Source: Emiliania huxleyi CCMP1516 (Eukaryota). From it: a DNA stretch of 36,923 bases. A model generated the notes under the pieces. The model did no database searches, was not told where the DNA came from, and saw only the letters and a program-made list of their open reading frames with translations. Positions within the stretch are counted from its first letter, which is position 1; each line of letters begins with the position of its first letter. The translations under genes and the position numbers were made by a program. Positions 31,708 through 36,923 of the stretch are shown one piece after another. Location of the stretch: positions 278,250-315,172 of the forward strand of contig NW_005201240.1 in NCBI RefSeq assembly GCF_000372725.1, read 5' to 3'.

Positions 31708-32130
31708 GTGACCTTTGAGGACGCGGGGGACGTGCTGGGCATGGTGGAGGCGCCGCTGCTCGTGCCGGACGGGTTCAAGGTTGTCGCGGCCTCGCCGACG
31801 GAGGAGCAGCTCGACCCGACCAACCCGGCCAGCGACGCGCTCATCGAGCAGCGCATCATGGTCCGCTTCGAGCACTACGGCTGGTGCGTGGGCACGGTTA
31901 CGGCCAAGGTGAACGACGGCCGGCGCACGATCGAGCGTGACCGCGTCAACTTCGTCGCCAAGTTCGACGTTGACAACGGCGCGGCGACGGACCTCTCGCT
32001 CGAGTCGTCGATGTACGACGGCTCGCCGTCGGCAGAGTACGAGTCGTGGCTGCTGTTCGAGCCTGTTCTGGCGCCGACGGAGGCGGCGGCCCTGGCAGCG
32101 GCGGCCGGCGGCGCAATCGTCGCCGTGTGA
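31708..32130 (+). pseudogene. 5'-truncated ORF with a Tudor/SH3-like domain, probably the C-terminus of a transposon-borne protein
   Basis: RIMVRFEHYGWCVGTV...NFVAKFDVD...SWLLFE; codon usage looks coding. It begins abruptly beside the repeat block. Confidence 0.5.
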
Positions 32131-32682
32131 ACACAGCGCCATAGGAGGTATTTTCTTCTCAATAACAAGGCTGTGAAGAGGTCGGACCGGCTGGGGCCGG
32201 GCGGTGGGCGGTGGGCTGCCTTGGCGCTTGGGGGGATGGGCTGTGGCACGGTCCGAGTCGTAGGGCCGGTGCCGCCTGGATGCCGTTCTGATCATTCCTG
32301 CGACCTTTGTAGGGATCCTAGTCTTCCGTCCGAGGTCGGGCTGAGGGAGGACTGATGAGCCGCGTCACTGTCCCTGTGCCTGCGTCTCGCGCCTTGGTTG
32401 CGGGGGGGGAGCGGAAAGGAGGAACCTCTTCCCAAGAGCACCACTCTTGGAGCGCCGCCACTACCACCCAGAGCGCTGCAAGCAGCGCCGGGCAATGACG
32501 GCTTACCGCCCTCTGTCTGCTGCTAGTGTTCTGGCGGGCCCAGCGGCCGGTGTTCTGAACGTTCTGAGAACGCATTCCGAGCCTTGCCATTCTGATCATT
32601 CCCCTTACCTTGCCAACTCAGGCGCAGAGACCGGTACTCGAGTAGGAGCGGAACCCTAAGGTAGTGGCCGAACGTCAGCGTC

Positions 32683-33432
32683 ATGGAGGCTAGGCCCTCT
32701 GAGTGGGTGGGCGACGAGCACATCGCCGACGTTCAGCCACACTCGCAGGAGTACTGCGCAATTTCCTCATTGCTGTCGAGGGGCCTCCCCAACCTGCGGA
32801 TCAATCGAATCGAGCGCGTCCAGAAACCGGAGCAGTGGGAGAAGTATATCGACAGGGTGAAGGTCATGAACAAGTACCATGACGGCGCCAACGAGACCCT
32901 GCTGCTCCACGGCACCGGCGAGCACCCGCCCCACGATGTCCTCAAGCACGGGGATGGACTGGACCCGCGATTCAGCACCGGCAAAGGGTTTTACGGCCGT
33001 GGAACGTACCTGGCCGAGTCACCCGCGTACCCTATTGCCGGCCGCTACGTGCATCACACGAAAGGGAAGCTGCAGCTGGTGGTAGTGAGGGCTGCCCTCG
33101 GCGTGTCCCAAAACCTGGGCTTTCGCGTGGATGACGACACCCGCGAAATGACCATGCCTGGCCAGCAGCCTAACAACCGCGACCGCCATTACGACTCGGT
33201 CCGTGCGGGGCCGCACCGCCCGTACCTGTCCGGGCCTGGCTCGGGCAGCATCGGTGGCGACGACCCGGATTCGTCTATCATCCACGTTGTCTACCAAAAC
33301 AACCAAATGTACCCCGCCTACATCGTCACGTTCGACATGGGCGGCGGTGATTTGGGCGACGGCCGCTCGCACAAGCGTGCGAAGAACATGAGCGGCAACG
33401 GCGGCGGCGTCGGCGGAGGCGCCGGCCGCAGA

Positions 33433-33463
<31 letters not shown>

Positions 33464-33942
33464 GCATGTTTTCGGCCACGGCGGCGGCCCCAGCAGTGGC
33501 CCCAGCGGTGGCCAACTCATCCGCCAATAGCAGCAGTTGCAGTGGCGGCGGCCCCCGCGCATTCGCAGTGGGCGAGCGCGTGACGTACCTCAACGCGGAG
33601 AAGCAGCCCGTCCGCCAGGCCATCGTCACGCACGCTGACGTGTCAGCGGGCTGCTACACGATCGAGTACGAAAAGAACACAACTGCCGCTCGGCTGCATT
33701 ACCCCCCTGACGATGACGACGACCGCGGCGTCGTCGGCCGTGGCGGGGTGGTGCCGCGGCTGGGGCGCGCGCTGCGCAAGGGCGACGACGTGTTTTACGA
33801 GGAGAGCAAATCTGGCGCACGGCTTCCGGCGGTCATCATCATGGTCGAGAGCCCCACTACCAACGATGAGGGGGGCCGGCCGGCCTATGTCGTCGCGGTC
33901 CGCCAGACGACGGGCGCGATCCGCCTCCTAGGTACCTCCTAG
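32683..33942 (+). CDS. Intronless PARP-family ADP-ribosyltransferase domain, Gly linker, two SH3/Tudor-like modules
   Basis: INRIERVQKPEQWEKY, NETLLLHGT, GFYGRGTYLAESPAY, LVVVRAALG, YDSV, IIHVVYQNNQMYPAYIVTF. C-terminal FAVGERVTY...YTIEY and LRKGDDVFY...YVVAV. Confidence 0.88.
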
Positions 33943-34368
33943 GGGGCCTAGGCGCCTGCCGGGCAAACATGGAGACGGCAAGCCTGCCGCTCCTTTCCTT
34001 AAAGTTCCTGTCACCTGTGGCGGTGGCGGGCCGCTATACCTCCCATTCCCATGTCCCATGCATCTCTCTCTGTACGTTGTAACCATAATCCCATGTTCCT
34101 TCGAGAGAGGATTTGTTTTATTTTTTCTTCTTCTTCTGTGCTCTGAGGAGAGGGAGAGAGATTTCTACAAAGAAAGAAGAAGCCAAGGCGACAGGGATGG
34201 GAGGACGGCACGCCGCCACCACACAGGGATTTCAAGGAGAGGAGTGTTGTGGTGCTATACAGTCGCCCACCCGATTCATAAATTTCTTCTTTTCTCGGAG
34301 ATCTCGGCGCCCCCCGCAAGTTCGGGGGGGCACGGATCAATTCCTGGTGCTAGCGCAAGGCAGGAACA

Positions 34369-34976
34369 TTGGTTGTCGCAACCATCTCCTGTGTGCCCGC
34401 CTTTCTCAGGACACAGATGGTTCCAGCGTACGACTGTGGGGCTGGCGCCGACGACGCCGGCGGCTCGCCGCTCGCAGCGCAGCGGTGGTGGCTTGACTTC
34501 TGCCGAAAGTGCCCCGTCGGGCGCGGCCACGAGCCAAAGCTTGGCGGCGAGCTGTTCCCGTGGGCCCATGCTCGCGAGCCCGTCCACGGCTGCATCCAGG
34601 CGACGCTCTTGTTCGAGACGCTCGTCGTCTGGGGGCACGGCCAGCTGGTGGGGCGGTGGGGAGGGCCCCGGCACCCGTCCCTCCCCGACGGGGACGGCGC
34701 AGCGCCCACACTCGAGGAGGTGGGGGAGGTGTGGAATCGGACGCCGCAGCGGCAGCTGAGGGAGAAGCTGAGGTGGGCGCACGAACATCTCTCTGGCGCG
34801 CGACCATTTGCAGACCGCCGCAACCCGATCCTCCACTTTGTGCGCACGTACCTGACTTCTCACGCCGCCAGAGAGAGGCTGGTCGACCGGCTGCTAGATG
34901 ACGACGAGGAGGGGGAGGACGCGGCGGGCCAGTACGAGGACTCGTCCTGTCGTCCCGTCAAGCTCCTCGACCTTCG
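34369..34976 (+). CDS. Hypothetical protein (exon fragment; gene runs into the assembly gap)
   Basis: Protein-like open frame (QRWWLDFCRKCPVG...NPILHFVRTYL); no family recognised. Confidence 0.4.
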
Positions 34977-35087
34977 TGTAGGGACCTGTCTCGATGCTAT
35001 CCCCTATATTGCTCCCCCTTCATGCCTTTTCCACTTCATTTACTGCTGTTCTCTTTCCTCTTATTCCCCTCCTCCTATTCGTCACCC

Positions 35088-35187
35088 NNNNNNNNNNNNN
35101 NNNNNNNNNNNNNNNNNNNNNNNNNNNNNNNNNNNNNNNNNNNNNNNNNNNNNNNNNNNNNNNNNNNNNNNNNNNNNNNNNNNNNNN
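35088..35187. other. Assembly gap (100 N)
   Basis: Run of N. Confidence 1.
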
Positions 35188-35776
35188 ACCAACATGCATT
35201 TCGACCTGTTGGAGCCGGACCGCACCCCCATGGAGGACTTCTGAGGCCCTCCCCAGTCTCACCCCACTTTACTTTTGCCCCCCCTTCCCCCCCTCCTTTT
35301 GCTTCCCATAGGGCAGGATAGCACTCGCATGTGCGCACTGGGCCCACACAGATGTGACCCGCCCACTCGAGTGCGGCGCCCGGATGTTAGTGCTTGAGAA
35401 GACACCACAAACGCGGCACGGCCCGTTTTGGCTGTCTGCGGAGAATCTGTTTTAGCACACACAGCTCAGGGTTCACCTCCAGGTGCACCCCCCCGGGCAG
35501 TGCTTGCACTTTCGGAATGCCGTGGGGCTCCTCTACCCGTTTCCGCCCGGGTTCGGGTGTGGAAATGCGAGCCCTTCGGCGAGGGTCGCCCCCTCTTGCC
35601 CCACCCCCTTGTGTGTGTGGAGAAATTTACCCTCCCTTCCCTTAAGCTGGACATTGTTGCCGAAAGAATCAGAGCCCAACACACATGCCTGTAGGGTTTT
35701 ACAACCCCCCCCCCCCCCGCGCTATGGGGCTACAGTATGGCGCGAAGCTCGATCCGAGACGGCGGGAGCATGCTTG

Positions 35777-36923
35777 CTACAGCGCGTGCTTCGTCACCTC
35801 ATCTCGGACCCACTTCCGAAACCGCGCAGCATGGCCCACCTTCTTCCCGAAAACCTGCAGAGCAAGCTGAGAGAGGTGGTCGTCGCTCATCTCAGCGAAA
35901 CGGCGCGGATCGGCAAAGCCGTGCTCTCGGAATGCCGTCTCGTAGCCGAACGTGTGGAGCCGCATCTCCTGGAGCACCACAAGTAGCTGCTGGTGCTGTT
36001 GGCCCTCCACCGCGGAAGCCTCCTCGTCTTCTTCCTCCTCCAGCGGCGCTGCCGAGACCGCCGCCGCCGCCGCCGCCGCTGCCGCCGCCGCCGACACTGC
36101 CGCCGCTGCCGCTACCGCCGCAATCGCCGCCCCCTGGCCTCTCTGCGCCGCCTCCTTGTCAGGCGGTGGTGTGGACCGCGGCGGCCTCCCCTCTTCGCAC
36201 TCCTCTTCGTCGGCCTTCGTCTCGTCGCCCTCGCCGTCGCGACCGCCCGCAGCTCCGCCGACGGTCTCCGTCTCCTCGACATCCTGCCTACCTAGCGCCC
36301 GCACGCGCTTGATGGGCTTGCTGGTCTCGACCTCGCCGCCGTCGTACGCGACGTCCACCCACTGGCAGACGTCATTCCGGTGGACGGCCTGCACTGTCGC
36401 CGGGAACCAGAGCTCGTCGGCACCGGAGCCGAACTGCGCGAGGACGCGCGCCCCCGGCTCGCAGCGCCGCGTCGAAGACCAGAGCGCCGTGTGCCGCCCC
36501 GCCTGGTCAGTGTGCACTCCGCCCAGCTCCGACCGCGCTGGACGCGGCAGCCCGTCCGCTCGGTGCGCGCGGCTCGAGCGGCGGAGCCCCTCCGTGCTGG
36601 GCGCCGGCTCATCGGAGGGGGTCACGTCGGCGGGCACATCCTCCTCGCCCGCCTCAAGCGCGTCGGCCGGGGCGTCGCAGCCCTCCTCCTCGTGCACGAA
36701 GACGCAGAGGAACTGGTCGCTCGGCGCGGGCTCCTCCCGCACGCGACGCCACGCGCCGCAAAAGTCGCATTCCGCCCAGCAGCGCGAGAGCTGCGCCGGC
36801 CTCAGCAGCAGCCCGAAGTGAGCCGCAACCTCGGAGACAGAGCCAAACTCGCGCCCGTCGGGCGAGCGGAAGGTCGCGCTCGACGGAGCGAGCCGCAGCC
36901 CGAGGCAGCGGCGGTTGACGCAG
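35777..36923 (-). CDS. Chromatin-reader protein: MBD-like, CW zinc finger, Tudor, SAM (5' end outside the window)
   Basis: The frame is open to the window edge. TFRSPDGREFGSVSEVAAHFG (MBD); WAECDFCGAWRRV...QFLC...GCDAP (CW); PGARVLAQF..WFPATV..VDVAYDGGEVE (Tudor); LQEMRLHTFGYETAFREHGF...KVGHAARFRKWV (SAM). Confidence 0.82.
   Translation of the reverse strand, partial: CVNRRCLGLRLAPSSATFRSPDGREFGSVSEVAAHFGLLLRPAQLSRCWAECDFCGAWRRVREEPAPSDQFLCVFVHEEEGCDAPADALEAGEEDVPADVTPSDEPAPSTEGLRRSSRAHRADGLPRPARSELGGVHTDQAGRHTALWSSTRRCEPGARVLAQFGSGADELWFPATVQAVHRNDVCQWVDVAYDGGEVETSKPIKRVRALGRQDVEETETVGGAAGGRDGEGDETKADEEECEEGRPPRSTPPPDKEAAQRGQGAAIAAVAAAAAVSAAAAAAAAAAAVSAAPLEEEEDEEASAVEGQQHQQLLVVLQEMRLHTFGYETAFREHGFADPRRFAEMSDDHLSQLALQVFGKKVGHAARFRKWVRDEVTKHAL

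Overview
GC-rich eukaryotic genomic DNA with spliceosomal introns (many GC-AG) and 10-bp GCCGAGAT(T/C)-type intronic minisatellites. This is most like a haptophyte such as Emiliania/Gephyrocapsa huxleyi (inference). Host-type genes: a PAN-like/C-type-lectin membrane protein, a PP2C phosphatase, a PX-domain protein, a 10-exon AAAP/SLC38 amino-acid transporter, an FAD monooxygenase, a PARP-like ADP-ribosyltransferase and an MBD-CW-Tudor-SAM chromatin reader. The main finding is a 12.86-kb segment (4931-17786) bounded by 179-bp inverted repeats. It holds an intronless RecQ-like SF2 helicase with a Cys-rich insert, a central cluster of long hairpins, and a convergent gene split by about 10.5 copies of a 383-bp unit with a 1521-bp higher-order period. 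I recognise no transposase and no target-site duplication, so it is AcademH-like but atypical. Many introns start or end with a near-copy of the adjacent exon, and the 383-bp array can be removed exactly as one GC-AG intron of this type. An intronless GH18-like gene is bracketed by diverged direct repeats. A 100-N assembly gap lies at 35088-35187. All domain calls are from motif recognition by eye, not database searches.
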